Shown here one piece after another: positions 33,560-42,757 of a stretch of DNA of 64,000 nucleotides (its first letter is position 1; every line of letters begins with the position of its first letter). Below the pieces are notes generated by a model. It worked only from the letters and a program-made list of their open reading frames with translations, searched no databases and had not been told where the DNA came from. The stretch is from Rikenellaceae bacterium (GTDB taxonomy: Bacteria; Bacteroidota; Bacteroidia; Bacteroidales; Rikenellaceae), in assembly GCA_015060005.1 (NCBI GenBank), contig SUZI01000002.1:218177-282176 (forward strand). The letters are read 5' to 3'. The translations under genes and the position numbers were made by a program.

Positions 33560-34729
33560 CTACTCTTCGGGATATGGAGTGTATTGTAAATTGTTGTTGC
33601 GTAGCGAGTCGTAGTAAACTATCTGTTCCAAATCCGACTCGATGTAATACGAGGACATTGTATCCATTGCTGCCACCGCTTCTAAGTAGCGTTGCTGATA
33701 TATCTCCCCATATTTTGTTGCTACAATTGCTTGTTCCGCCTCATCAAGCGTCTCTGCTGTTATCGCTTTGCTGAGCGAGTCGCATCGCTCCCACATAATG
33801 AGTACTTCCTGAGTTGCAAACTCTATATAATGAGATGCTTTGATGTGTTCAATCGAGGTGTTGCAAATCTCGTTTATTCCACTCTGCATCCTTTGGATTA
33901 GCTCCTTGCGATGTCTCTCTTTTCGGTGTGTCCTCACCACCCACAATGTCTGTACAGCCACTGCCGAGATAATGATTATCGCTACCAGCAGATTGAGGGC
34001 AACCCTCCAGCCTCGGTTGTGGCGGTGCCACGCACGCTGTAACTCCTCGATGTTGGCATATCGTTTTGCAGGGATGGCATTGGTGCATCGTTTGGTAATA
34101 GACGACACTCCCAACATCTCCATCATTATAATACCTATGCTATATATATCACTGCGAGCATCTATCCTGTCGGCGTGTGCCTGCAACTCGGGTGAGGCGT
34201 AGCGGGGTGTACATCCCAAGCTACGCAGGGCATACTCTGCATCGCTGTCTGCCAATCCGAAGTCGATAAGTTTCAGTGTGTTATCCGCACGTGTTATGAG
34301 TATGTTGTCGGGCTTCAGGTCGTTGTGTATTATGCCTCGTTTGTGGAGATATCCGACAGCCGCTATCAGCTCTGCGAATATGCGTTGGCGTTCCTTTTTG
34401 GATGGATTTTCTGCTATGAACTCTGTGAGTGTTCGCCCCTCGATATACTCCATCACTATGCCCATTCCTATGGGCAGCTGTTCTATGGTGTAGATGTGAA
34501 CGATGTTGTGGTGGTCGCACTCTAACGACAATTCATACTCGCGACGTAGCATACGTTGCTGAGCTTCCGAGTTGTCTTTTGTTGTCTTTATCAAGAAACG
34601 TTTACCATTTTTATGGGCTATCCAAAGACGTGATAGTGCAGTGATTCTCAACTCGTTAAAGTCGTGAAACTCCTCTGTGATAATTCCATTTGAGCCTCCT
34701 TGTTCTCTTATTTCACTCTCTTCTACCAT
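33560..34729 (-). CDS. Hanks-type Ser/Thr protein kinase with one TM and a C-terminal helical domain
   Basis: Catalytic loop IIHNDLKPDNILI, DFGLAD, ASPE, and the beta-3 Lys in FLIKT. TM LLVAIIIISAVAVQTLWVV. The ATG at 34729 is preferred; the track start at 34750 is a TTG. Confidence 0.75.
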   Translation of the reverse strand: MVEESEIREQGGSNGIITEEFHDFNELRITALSRLWIAHKNGKRFLIKTTKDNSEAQQRMLRREYELSLECDHHNIVHIYTIEQLPIGMGIVMEYIEGRTLTEFIAENPSKKERQRIFAELIAAVGYLHKRGIIHNDLKPDNILITRADNTLKLIDFGLADSDAEYALRSLGCTPRYASPELQAHADRIDARSDIYSIGIIMMEMLGVSSITKRCTNAIPAKRYANIEELQRAWHRHNRGWRVALNLLVAIIIISAVAVQTLWVVRTHRKERHRKELIQRMQSGINEICNTSIEHIKASHYIEFATQEVLIMWERCDSLSKAITAETLDEAEQAIVATKYGEIYQQRYLEAVAAMDTMSSYYIESDLEQIVYYDSLRNNNLQYTPYPEE

Positions 34730-34747
34730 ATTGGAATTTTTGTTTGT

Positions 34748-34768
34748 CAAAGATAATAATTATTTTTG
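34748..34768. promoter_or_regulatory. Back-to-back TAnnTTTG (-7) boxes of a divergent promoter pair
   Basis: Minus strand TATCTTTG (plus CAAAGATA, 34748-34755) lies 18 nt before the kinase ATG. Plus strand TATTTTTG (34761-34768) lies 5 nt before the ATG at 34774. Confidence 0.4.
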
Positions 34769-34773
34769 CAAAT

Positions 34774-35364
34774 ATGAGCATCCGTCGTGATATACCACAA
34801 ATTCGTGTTTTGCGTGAACGCGTTGAGAGACGTTTTGGTAAGCGTTTTTCGGTGCACGCCGACTTTTTGGCATTGGTGTCGGTTATTGAGATGGAGTTGC
34901 GTCAACACATCTCCGAGAGCACTCTGGAGCGTGTGTGGGGCTACTCTACGCGAGGCTATGACACCGTTTCGCTCCGTACTCTCGATGTCCTGTCGACCTA
35001 TGCTGAGGGGTGTAGTTGGCACGACTTCTGTCATCGTTTGCAGATGGCGGCTGAGAGCGAGTCGGAGCTCTTCAGCGTTGAGCATATCTCTACTGCCGAT
35101 TTACAGGTAGGTGATCGTCTGCAGATAGGCTGGCTTCCCGACCGACGTTGTGTTATTCGCTATGTGGGTGATAATCGTTTTATGGCAGAGAGTTGCGAGA
35201 ACTCCAAGATGCAGCCAGGCGACAGCTTTTCGTGTCTGCAGTTCACGCTTGGCAAGGAGCTTGTTATGTGTGATTTCATTCCGTTTAACACCTCCTCTCC
35301 CACCTCACAGTCCTATATCGTCGGCAGCCGCAATGGCTTGACCTCCCTCTGCATCGTGCACTAA
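34774..35364 (+). CDS. Hypothetical protein, possibly HTH-containing, divergent from the kinase
   Basis: From the ATG at 34774 (MSIRRDIPQIR...). ISESTLERVWGY resembles an HTH recognition segment. The C-terminal half is beta-rich. No family recognised. Confidence 0.4.
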   Translation: MSIRRDIPQIRVLRERVERRFGKRFSVHADFLALVSVIEMELRQHISESTLERVWGYSTRGYDTVSLRTLDVLSTYAEGCSWHDFCHRLQMAAESESELFSVEHISTADLQVGDRLQIGWLPDRRCVIRYVGDNRFMAESCENSKMQPGDSFSCLQFTLGKELVMCDFIPFNTSSPTSQSYIVGSRNGLTSLCIVH

Positions 35365-35427
35365 TCTTCTGTGCAAATTTTCGGCAGGAAGACTTTAGCC
35401 TCGCCAAAACTGAAGGGTAAAAGGTAC

Positions 35428-35512
35428 TTTTCTATTGCGACTTTAATATCCTTTAATATCCCTTAGTATCCCTTAACAACCCTCAATTTAACAACCCTCA
35501 ATTTAACCTCCC
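35428..35512 (+). repeat. Right copy of the intergenic repeat (identical 21-nt core plus ~10-bp tandem units)
   Basis: TTTTCTATTGCGACTTTAATA at 35428-35448 matches 23346-23366 exactly. It is followed by TCCTTTAATA / TCCCTTAGTA / TCCCTTAACAACCC / TCAATTTAACAACCC / TCAATTTAACCTCCC. Confidence 0.85.
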
Positions 35513-35974
35513 ATTCCTCTTCCCTAATACTCATTTTCCCAAAAATGTGGATGTTTTTTGAGCTCTTCTCTTCAATTGCTATTTTCACTAACCTATATTT
35601 TCTGCCGCACCTAAAAGTTGTAATCGACAGAAAAACAATCTTTTAACATTTGCTCTTTTCTATAACTATCCACTTTTTTTGAAAATTTCGCCAGGCAAAA
35701 TCCACTCTGCCACGCCCTTTTCTTTGCCGTTATCTTGTCTGTTCCACTTATTACACGTAGGTTGTTTTGCTCAAAAGCGTGATTTTCAGCGTGTTGCAAT
35801 TTTCTAAAATCTATATTTTTACTTTATCACTTCGATAAATGGCACTTTCGAACGATTATTATCACTAACTTAGTGATACGATTAAGCGGCGAGCCTAAGC
35901 CCAGCGAGCAGAAGATGTTGTTTGGTCGGAAAGCCTAAACTCACTATACAAAACTAACTAATAACTAAAAGCCT

Positions 35975-38900
35975 ATGAAAAACTTGACAAAAATCGCATT
36001 GATCCTTGCGATCATCTGCGTGAGCACAGCTTCGGCATTTGCTCAACAAGTGAAGGGTACCGTTAAGGATAAGGCAGGCGAGCCCGTTGTCGGTGCTACT
36101 GTTATTATCGATGGTACTTCTATCGGCACAACCACAGCTTTGGATGGTTCATTTGCCATCAATGCCAAGGAGGGTAGTGTGCTGGTAGTATCTTACATCG
36201 GTTACGCCACACAGAATGTAGCCGTTGAGGGTAAGACATTCTTTGATATTCTCCTCGAGGAGGATATCCAGGGATTGGATGAGGTTGTTGTTGTCGGTTA
36301 TGGTACTCAGAAGAAGAGTGTCGTTACGGCAGCTATCTCATCTATCACATCCGACGACCTGAAGGCTCAGTCGAACACACGTATCGAGAGCGTTCTTCAG
36401 GGTATGACCTCGGGTGTAACAGTAACCGCTCCTTCGGGTGCTCCTGATGCTGCTGCACAGGTACGTATCCGTGGTGTCGGCTCTATCAACCAGTCAGGTC
36501 CTCTCTACATCGTTGATGGTTTGGCTATTTCGGGTGGTATCGACTACCTCAACCCTAACGATATCGAGCGTATCGAGGTGTTGAAGGATGCTGCGTCGGG
36601 TGCTGTTTATGGTGCACGTGCTGCCAACGGTGTTGTTTTGGTAACAACGAAGAAGGGCGAGAAGGGCCGTGCTACTGTTAACTACGACTTCTCTTATGGT
36701 TGGCAGAATCCTTGGCGTAAGCCCGATGTGCTGAACGCTACCGAGTATGCAATCATTATGAACGAGGGTTACATCAACGCTGGTCAGGCTCCTATCTACG
36801 ACGACCCATACTCTTTGGGTAAGGGTACCGATTGGGTTAGCGAGGTTCTCAACGACAATGCTCCTATTATGAAGCACGACCTCTCTATCTCGGGCGGTAA
36901 CGACAAGACTACCTACGCTCTCTCGGCAGGTTATCTCTCACGCGAGGGTACCGTAGGCGGCAACTATGACCGTTCTAACTATGAGCGTGTAACTGTTCGT
37001 GCCAACATCGGTACAACCATCTTCGACAAGTCGAAGGATCGCGATTGGCTCAACAAGATGTCAGTTCAGGTGTCGGCTTCTTACGCACGTATATTAGCAA
37101 CAGGTATCGAGGCAAACTCTGAGTTCGGCTCACCTCTGGGCTCTGCTATGAGTATGTCGCCACTGTTGAACGTATATGCTACTCCAGAGGAGGAAGAGGC
37201 TTACAAGACTCTCTATCCCGAGGGTTATCCTCATATCGTACGCGACGCTGATGGTCGTGCTTTCACTGTTGTCGATGGTGGTATCTACAACGAGCAGACC
37301 AACCCATTGGCATCGCTCTCATTGCCTGGTACAAAGTATGAGACCGATAAGTTCATCACCAACTTTGTTGGCGAGTTGCAGCTCTTCGATGGCTTGAAGC
37401 TCCGCTCTTCTGTTGGTATCGACCTGGCGTTCTGGGGCAACCACGGCTACAACAAGCAGTATTTCCTCTCTTCAAAGCGTTACAGCTACAATACTGTTGC
37501 TGCGGAGACTACCTACGACAAGGATGGCAACGCAACCGTTACCGAGAAGACCAACTATGCTGAGTCTGCTTCTCAGGAGATGAATCGTGGCTTCCAGTAT
37601 CAGGTTGAGAACGTGCTCTCTTATGAGAAGTCATTCGACAAGCACTCTATCTCTGTTATCTTGGGTCAGTCGGCTATCTCTTCTACCTCGGCTAACGTAG
37701 GTGCGTCGGCTCGCGGTTTGATGTATCCTTACGACCCATATAAGATTAGCGTAAATAACACTCTCGGCCAGCAGGCTGATGGCGACCGCAACGGTTGGGG
37801 CTCTTGGAACTCTATCCCTTACCGCTTGGCATCATATTTCGGTCGTGTATCGTACAACTACGACGAGCGTTATATGGCTGAGGTTACCTTCCGTCGTGAT
37901 GGTTCTTCTCGCTTCGGTTCTAACAACAAGTGGGGTAACTTCCCATCAGTATCTTTGGGTTGGAACATCAAGAACGAGGCATTTATGCAGAATGTAGATT
38001 GGCTCTCAGCATTGAAGCTCCGTGGCTCTTGGGGTGTCAACGGTAACGATGCTATCGGCAACTTCGTATATGCTGTATATATGAACTCTGGTAACAACTA
38101 TGTATTCGGTTCTGGTGGCAACGGCTCTGAGTCTATCATCCTGGGCTCTAAGCCATCGGGCTTGGCTAACCCTGACGCACGTTGGGAGGAGTCTCGCCAG
38201 ACCAATATCGGTATCGACGCTACATTCTTCAACAACCGCTTGACTCTTACAGCAGATTGGTACAACAAGAAGACCGCTGGTATGCTTCTTTCGATGCCTG
38301 TTCCTGGCTATGCTGGCGACTCTGCTCCTACGGGTAACTTGGGCGATATGGTCAACAAGGGTATTGAGTTTGAGATTGGCTGGCGTGATATCGTAGGCGA
38401 TTTCAAGTACCACGTATCGGTTAATGCTACCTATAATAAGAATGAGTTGACATATTTGGGTGATGACTCTACTCACCTCTACGGCTCAAGCCATAAGATT
38501 GGTCAGCTCACACGCGGCTCTATCGGTCTTCCATTCCCATACTTCTATGGTTACGAGACCGACGGTATCTTCCAGAATATGGACGAGGTTAATGCTCACG
38601 TCAACGCCGATGGTCAGCTCTTGCAGCCTAAGGCAGCTCCTGGTGATGTTCGTTTCAAGGATCTCAATGGCAATGGCACCCTCGACGATGGCGACCGTAC
38701 AATGTTGGGCAAGGGTATGCCTGATTGGACTTTCGGTATGAACTTGGGCTTCGAGTGGAAGGGCTTGGACTTCAACGCTCTGTTGCAGGGTCAGCTGGGT
38801 TGCGAGGTATTCAACGTATCACGTCGTACCGACCTCTACTACGTCAACCTCAACCGCTCTATCTTGAATCGTTGGACCGGCGAGGGCTCTACCAACGAGT

Positions 38901-39211
38901 ATCCACGCTTTATGTTCGACTCAGCTAACGAGAACTACCGCGTATCTGACCTCTGGTTGGAGGATGGCTCATTCTTGCGTTGCCGTAACTTGCAGATTGG
39001 TTACACTCTTCCAATGGAGCTTACCAAGAAGGTAGGTATCTCACGTCTCCGCGTCTTTGTTATGGCTGAGAATCTCTTCACTCTTACCAACTACACAGGA
39101 TGTGATCCTGAGGTTACCGGTGGTAATGGCTTTGGTACTGAGGTTGGTATCGACCGTGGTGTATATCCACAGGCTCGTACTTTCTCTGTTGGTGTAAACC
39201 TTACTTTCTAA
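35975..39211 (+). CDS. SusC/RagA-family TonB-dependent outer-membrane transporter (PUL 1)
   Basis: 1078 aa. Signal peptide, carboxypeptidase-regulatory-like N-domain (VKGTVKDKAGEPVVGATVII), plug and barrel, C-terminal F. Followed by a SusD homolog. Confidence 0.9.
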   Translation: MKNLTKIALILAIICVSTASAFAQQVKGTVKDKAGEPVVGATVIIDGTSIGTTTALDGSFAINAKEGSVLVVSYIGYATQNVAVEGKTFFDILLEEDIQGLDEVVVVGYGTQKKSVVTAAISSITSDDLKAQSNTRIESVLQGMTSGVTVTAPSGAPDAAAQVRIRGVGSINQSGPLYIVDGLAISGGIDYLNPNDIERIEVLKDAASGAVYGARAANGVVLVTTKKGEKGRATVNYDFSYGWQNPWRKPDVLNATEYAIIMNEGYINAGQAPIYDDPYSLGKGTDWVSEVLNDNAPIMKHDLSISGGNDKTTYALSAGYLSREGTVGGNYDRSNYERVTVRANIGTTIFDKSKDRDWLNKMSVQVSASYARILATGIEANSEFGSPLGSAMSMSPLLNVYATPEEEEAYKTLYPEGYPHIVRDADGRAFTVVDGGIYNEQTNPLASLSLPGTKYETDKFITNFVGELQLFDGLKLRSSVGIDLAFWGNHGYNKQYFLSSKRYSYNTVAAETTYDKDGNATVTEKTNYAESASQEMNRGFQYQVENVLSYEKSFDKHSISVILGQSAISSTSANVGASARGLMYPYDPYKISVNNTLGQQADGDRNGWGSWNSIPYRLASYFGRVSYNYDERYMAEVTFRRDGSSRFGSNNKWGNFPSVSLGWNIKNEAFMQNVDWLSALKLRGSWGVNGNDAIGNFVYAVYMNSGNNYVFGSGGNGSESIILGSKPSGLANPDARWEESRQTNIGIDATFFNNRLTLTADWYNKKTAGMLLSMPVPGYAGDSAPTGNLGDMVNKGIEFEIGWRDIVGDFKYHVSVNATYNKNELTYLGDDSTHLYGSSHKIGQLTRGSIGLPFPYFYGYETDGIFQNMDEVNAHVNADGQLLQPKAAPGDVRFKDLNGNGTLDDGDRTMLGKGMPDWTFGMNLGFEWKGLDFNALLQGQLGCEVFNVSRRTDLYYVNLNRSILNRWTGEGSTNEYPRFMFDSANENYRVSDLWLEDGSFLRCRNLQIGYTLPMELTKKVGISRLRVFVMAENLFTLTNYTGCDPEVTGGNGFGTEVGIDRGVYPQARTFSVGVNLTF

Positions 39212-39232
39212 CCTTAAAACCGAATGATTATT

Positions 39233-40735
39233 ATGAAAAAGATATTTTTCGCATTTAGTGCATTAGCGGTTTTGCTCTCGGCGTGTACCAAGGATTTTGT
39301 TACCGTGAAGCATAACGCTTCGGAGCCGCTTGAGGAGTATTTCACAAGCGAGGAGCGTATCTACCAGTCATTGGTTGCAGCTTACGACTCATTGGAGTGG
39401 CTCGACTACTTCGACCAGTATTGCAACGCTTTGACTCTTACTCCCGATGTAATGGCTGACGATATCTATGCAGGTGGCTCTAACGAGGGCGACCAGCCAT
39501 CTATCGTCAAGACTCACTACTATACTCTCACCTCTACCGAGCAGTTGGACCGCATCTGGACAATCTGCTACTCGGGCATCAACCGCTCTTGCATCGTTCT
39601 GGAGCACGTTGACGCTGTTCCTGGTATGGCTGAGGAGACCAAGCAGCTCTTCAAGGCTGAGGCTATGGTTTTGCGTGCCTTCTATTACAACCTCTTGTGG
39701 AAGTATTGGGGTAACGTACCTTACTACGATGTAAACCTCGGTGCACCTTATTTCGCACCTCAGTTCACTGCTGACGATGTATATACGAAGTGTGTTGAGC
39801 ACCTCGAGACCGTCTTCGCTATGAATGTTCTTCCTATGAAGGCTGCCGCAGGTCAGGAGGGTCGCGTAACCGCAGCTATGGCTTATATGCTCTACGCCGA
39901 GATGGTTATGTATCAGAACGATACTGAGCGTTACGACGAGGCTTTGGGCTATATGGAGGATATCATCGCATCGAAGCAGTACGCATTGGTTCCCGACTTC
40001 GCTTCTATCTGGCTTGAGTCAGGTGAGTGGGGCTCGGAGTCTATCTGGGAGATTAACTACACCTCTGAGGGTGCTGCCCGCGATTGGGGTACTCCATTGG
40101 TGGCTGGTGGTACAGTTTATCCTATGCTCATCGGTATCCCTGGTGCTACCGAGGCGAGTGGTTTCTCTGATGGCTGGGGCTTTGGTCCTGTTGCTAAGCA
40201 CGCTTACGAGATGTATAACGAGGGCGACCAGCGTCGTGATGGCGGTATCATCTGCTACAACGATGTTTTCGACCCTATCCCACAGGATAAGTGGCGTTGG
40301 CAGGGTACAGGTTACTACTTGCTCAAGTATGTAGCACGTCGTAACGGTACTCACGGTCAGATTGCGTCTGCCGATATGAACCACTGCAACAACGTTCGCG
40401 TATATCGCTATGCCGAGACATTGCTCAACGCAGCCGAGTTGTCAGTTTTGACAGGCAAGGATGGCTCACGTTACCTCCAGGAGGTGCGTCAGCGTGCAGG
40501 CTGTACCGACACAGGTACCGACCAGGCATCTATCATCGCCGAGCGTCGTAAGGAGTTCCTGGGCGAGGGTAAGCGTTATTGGGACTTGGTACGTTCGGGC
40601 TTGGCAGAGCAGACTTTGAAGGCTGCTAACCACGAGTGGCGTACAGTGGATTGGAATCCAGGTAAGAAGTATTGGCCATTGCCACAGGCAGAGGTTGATA
40701 AGGATCCAAACCTTGTACAGAACGTAGGTTACTAA
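39233..40735 (+). CDS. SusD/RagB-family outer-membrane lipoprotein (PUL 1)
   Basis: Lipobox LLSAC. Typical SusD TPR-like core and C-terminus (RRKEFLGEGKRYWDLVR...YWPLPQAEVDKDPNLVQN). Track start is 39224. Confidence 0.9.
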   Translation: MKKIFFAFSALAVLLSACTKDFVTVKHNASEPLEEYFTSEERIYQSLVAAYDSLEWLDYFDQYCNALTLTPDVMADDIYAGGSNEGDQPSIVKTHYYTLTSTEQLDRIWTICYSGINRSCIVLEHVDAVPGMAEETKQLFKAEAMVLRAFYYNLLWKYWGNVPYYDVNLGAPYFAPQFTADDVYTKCVEHLETVFAMNVLPMKAAAGQEGRVTAAMAYMLYAEMVMYQNDTERYDEALGYMEDIIASKQYALVPDFASIWLESGEWGSESIWEINYTSEGAARDWGTPLVAGGTVYPMLIGIPGATEASGFSDGWGFGPVAKHAYEMYNEGDQRRDGGIICYNDVFDPIPQDKWRWQGTGYYLLKYVARRNGTHGQIASADMNHCNNVRVYRYAETLLNAAELSVLTGKDGSRYLQEVRQRAGCTDTGTDQASIIAERRKEFLGEGKRYWDLVRSGLAEQTLKAANHEWRTVDWNPGKKYWPLPQAEVDKDPNLVQNVGY

Positions 40736-40776
40736 ACCTCCACACCTTATTATTTAATTAATAAAATATGACAATT

Positions 40777-42744
40777 ATGAAGAGATTGTTTAATTATATC
40801 GCTGCTGTGGCATTTATTGTGCCTGTGCTGTTGGTTGGATGTACACCCGACTACACAACACCGGACCAGGGTCAGTTGCCATCAGCTCAGGATTTCAATG
40901 TTACCATCCAGGTGGACCAGGAGACCAACTATGTTACCTTCACGTTGAATAACCCTGGTATGGTTCCTATGTTCATCTTCGGCGATGAGAAGGTCGATGG
41001 TAAGGCTAACAAGACTTATGCTTACACAGGCAATGGTCTTTCACTCCGCTTCCGTGATGCAGGTGTTCACACTGTTGAGGTCAAGGCATACAATGCTCAC
41101 GGCATATCGGTAGGCTCTAAGGTCTACGAGTTTACTCTCGAGAACACCTATCGCGACCCATTCGATGCTACTCCTTATATGACAGCTTTGGCTAACGAGT
41201 GGCAGTGGGATTCAGCTACTGACGGACACTTTGGTTGTGGCTCTATCGTTGCTGAGACAGGACAGGCTAACCCCGACAACCCGGGTGTTGACTGGTGGAA
41301 GTGCGGTCCTAACGGTAAGGATGGTATGGGACTTTACGACGATAAGTTGACCTTCACCGCTGCGGGCGAGTTCACATTCGACCCAGGTGAGGGTGGTACA
41401 ACCTACGTCAATTGGGGTGTCGCTGAGAGCGGACTCTACCCAGGTAACTACAACAACGACGAGCAGGACTACCAGGCTCCTGTTGAGAGCTTCACCTGCT
41501 CATACTCTATCGAGAGCAATTGGAACGACGCTGGTATCCAGGAGTTGTACTTGGTATTGGAGGAGGGACACAACCTCTCTTATATCCCTCACTTGACAGC
41601 TATCAACGAGCCACGTTACCGCTTCTTGGAGACTAACATACCTGATATCCGCAAGACCCTCTCACTCGTTAATGAGGCACCAACCGAGAATGGTGGTGGC
41701 GGTATCGCTTGGAAGTATCAGTTCACTCCTGCAGTCCGGGTTTTGGGACCAGAGGAGATGTTGGCAGGTACAACAGGTGCAGGTAAGGTATGGGTTATGG
41801 ATTCTGAGGCTCAGGGCCACTTGGGCTGCGGCGATAGTGTTGGTAACGCTGCCGGCTGGTGGTCAGCTCCTCCAGGGGACAAGGCTGCATATGGTCTCTA
41901 TGACGACGAGATTACCTTCTATCCTGATGGTAAGTATGTCTACAACCCAGGTCCTGATGGCAAGATGTACATCAATTGGGGAGTAACAGCTATTGGTCCT
42001 AATCCTGGTGTTGAGCCTGATATCGATATCGACTGGACGCTCACCGAGAGTACTTATGAGTTCGATGGCTCTACTATCACTCTTGCTCCAAATACTCCTA
42101 TGGTATACGTTCCTTCGGATTATGTTTGGGAGAACCCTGTATTCCACGTTAAGTCTATCACCGAGACTCAGATGGTTGTTGTTGCCGAGAATCCTGGCTG
42201 CTATTGGCAGATGATTTTCAAGGCACGCGACATCGAGGCTCCAAATCCAGACATCCCAGAGTCTTTGGACCCATCAGCTGCGGGTAACCTCTGGAAGGGT
42301 GGCTATGAGGTAACTTATTGGTTCGCTAATAACGATTGGACACAGATTGCTAACCCTGATGTAGAGGTTGACGGTACAACCTACCGCATCACTATCCCTG
42401 AGGGTATGGGTAGCTTACGTTGGCAGGGTCAGATGGCTATCTTGACCGACATCAACCTCGAGGAGGGCAAGAAGTATGACTTCCAGGTTAAGCTCTACTC
42501 TGAGACTGACCAGGGCCAGGTTATCACTATCAAGCTCTGCAACGGTTTGGCAGGCTCTAACGACGACCCATTCTTCTTCGATCCTATGGTAGGTATCACC
42601 TCTTATGAGACTACTACCTATATCAACTACGGTTTCGATGGTAAGGTGGTAACTCCTGCGAAGCTTGTTTTGGACTTCGGTGGCTGTGCTATTGGCAGCG
42701 TTATCGAGGTGAGCGACTTCGTTCTTCAGGAGCACGTCGAGTAA
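40777..42744 (+). CDS. Surface lipoprotein, probable SusE/F-position glycan-binding protein (PUL 1)
   Basis: Lipobox LLVGC. Position directly after SusD. Beta-rich, aromatic-rich, with no catalytic motif recognised. Confidence 0.55.
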   Translation: MKRLFNYIAAVAFIVPVLLVGCTPDYTTPDQGQLPSAQDFNVTIQVDQETNYVTFTLNNPGMVPMFIFGDEKVDGKANKTYAYTGNGLSLRFRDAGVHTVEVKAYNAHGISVGSKVYEFTLENTYRDPFDATPYMTALANEWQWDSATDGHFGCGSIVAETGQANPDNPGVDWWKCGPNGKDGMGLYDDKLTFTAAGEFTFDPGEGGTTYVNWGVAESGLYPGNYNNDEQDYQAPVESFTCSYSIESNWNDAGIQELYLVLEEGHNLSYIPHLTAINEPRYRFLETNIPDIRKTLSLVNEAPTENGGGGIAWKYQFTPAVRVLGPEEMLAGTTGAGKVWVMDSEAQGHLGCGDSVGNAAGWWSAPPGDKAAYGLYDDEITFYPDGKYVYNPGPDGKMYINWGVTAIGPNPGVEPDIDIDWTLTESTYEFDGSTITLAPNTPMVYVPSDYVWENPVFHVKSITETQMVVVAENPGCYWQMIFKARDIEAPNPDIPESLDPSAAGNLWKGGYEVTYWFANNDWTQIANPDVEVDGTTYRITIPEGMGSLRWQGQMAILTDINLEEGKKYDFQVKLYSETDQGQVITIKLCNGLAGSNDDPFFFDPMVGITSYETTTYINYGFDGKVVTPAKLVLDFGGCAIGSVIEVSDFVLQEHVE

Positions 42745-42757
42745 CATAAACTCTTTT

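Noticed and set aside
23346-35448. The island considered as an integrative mobile element (ICE, prophage or transposon)
   Set aside because: I recognised no integrase, transposase, relaxase, or phage structural or replication genes, and no tRNA target. The flanking direct repeats alone do not demonstrate mobility, and a third copy exists elsewhere in the window.
35611-35799. A 62-aa minus-strand ORF upstream of PUL 1
   Set aside because: It lies in the AT-rich susC leader that contains the ATCCAC motifs, and it has no coding-like features.
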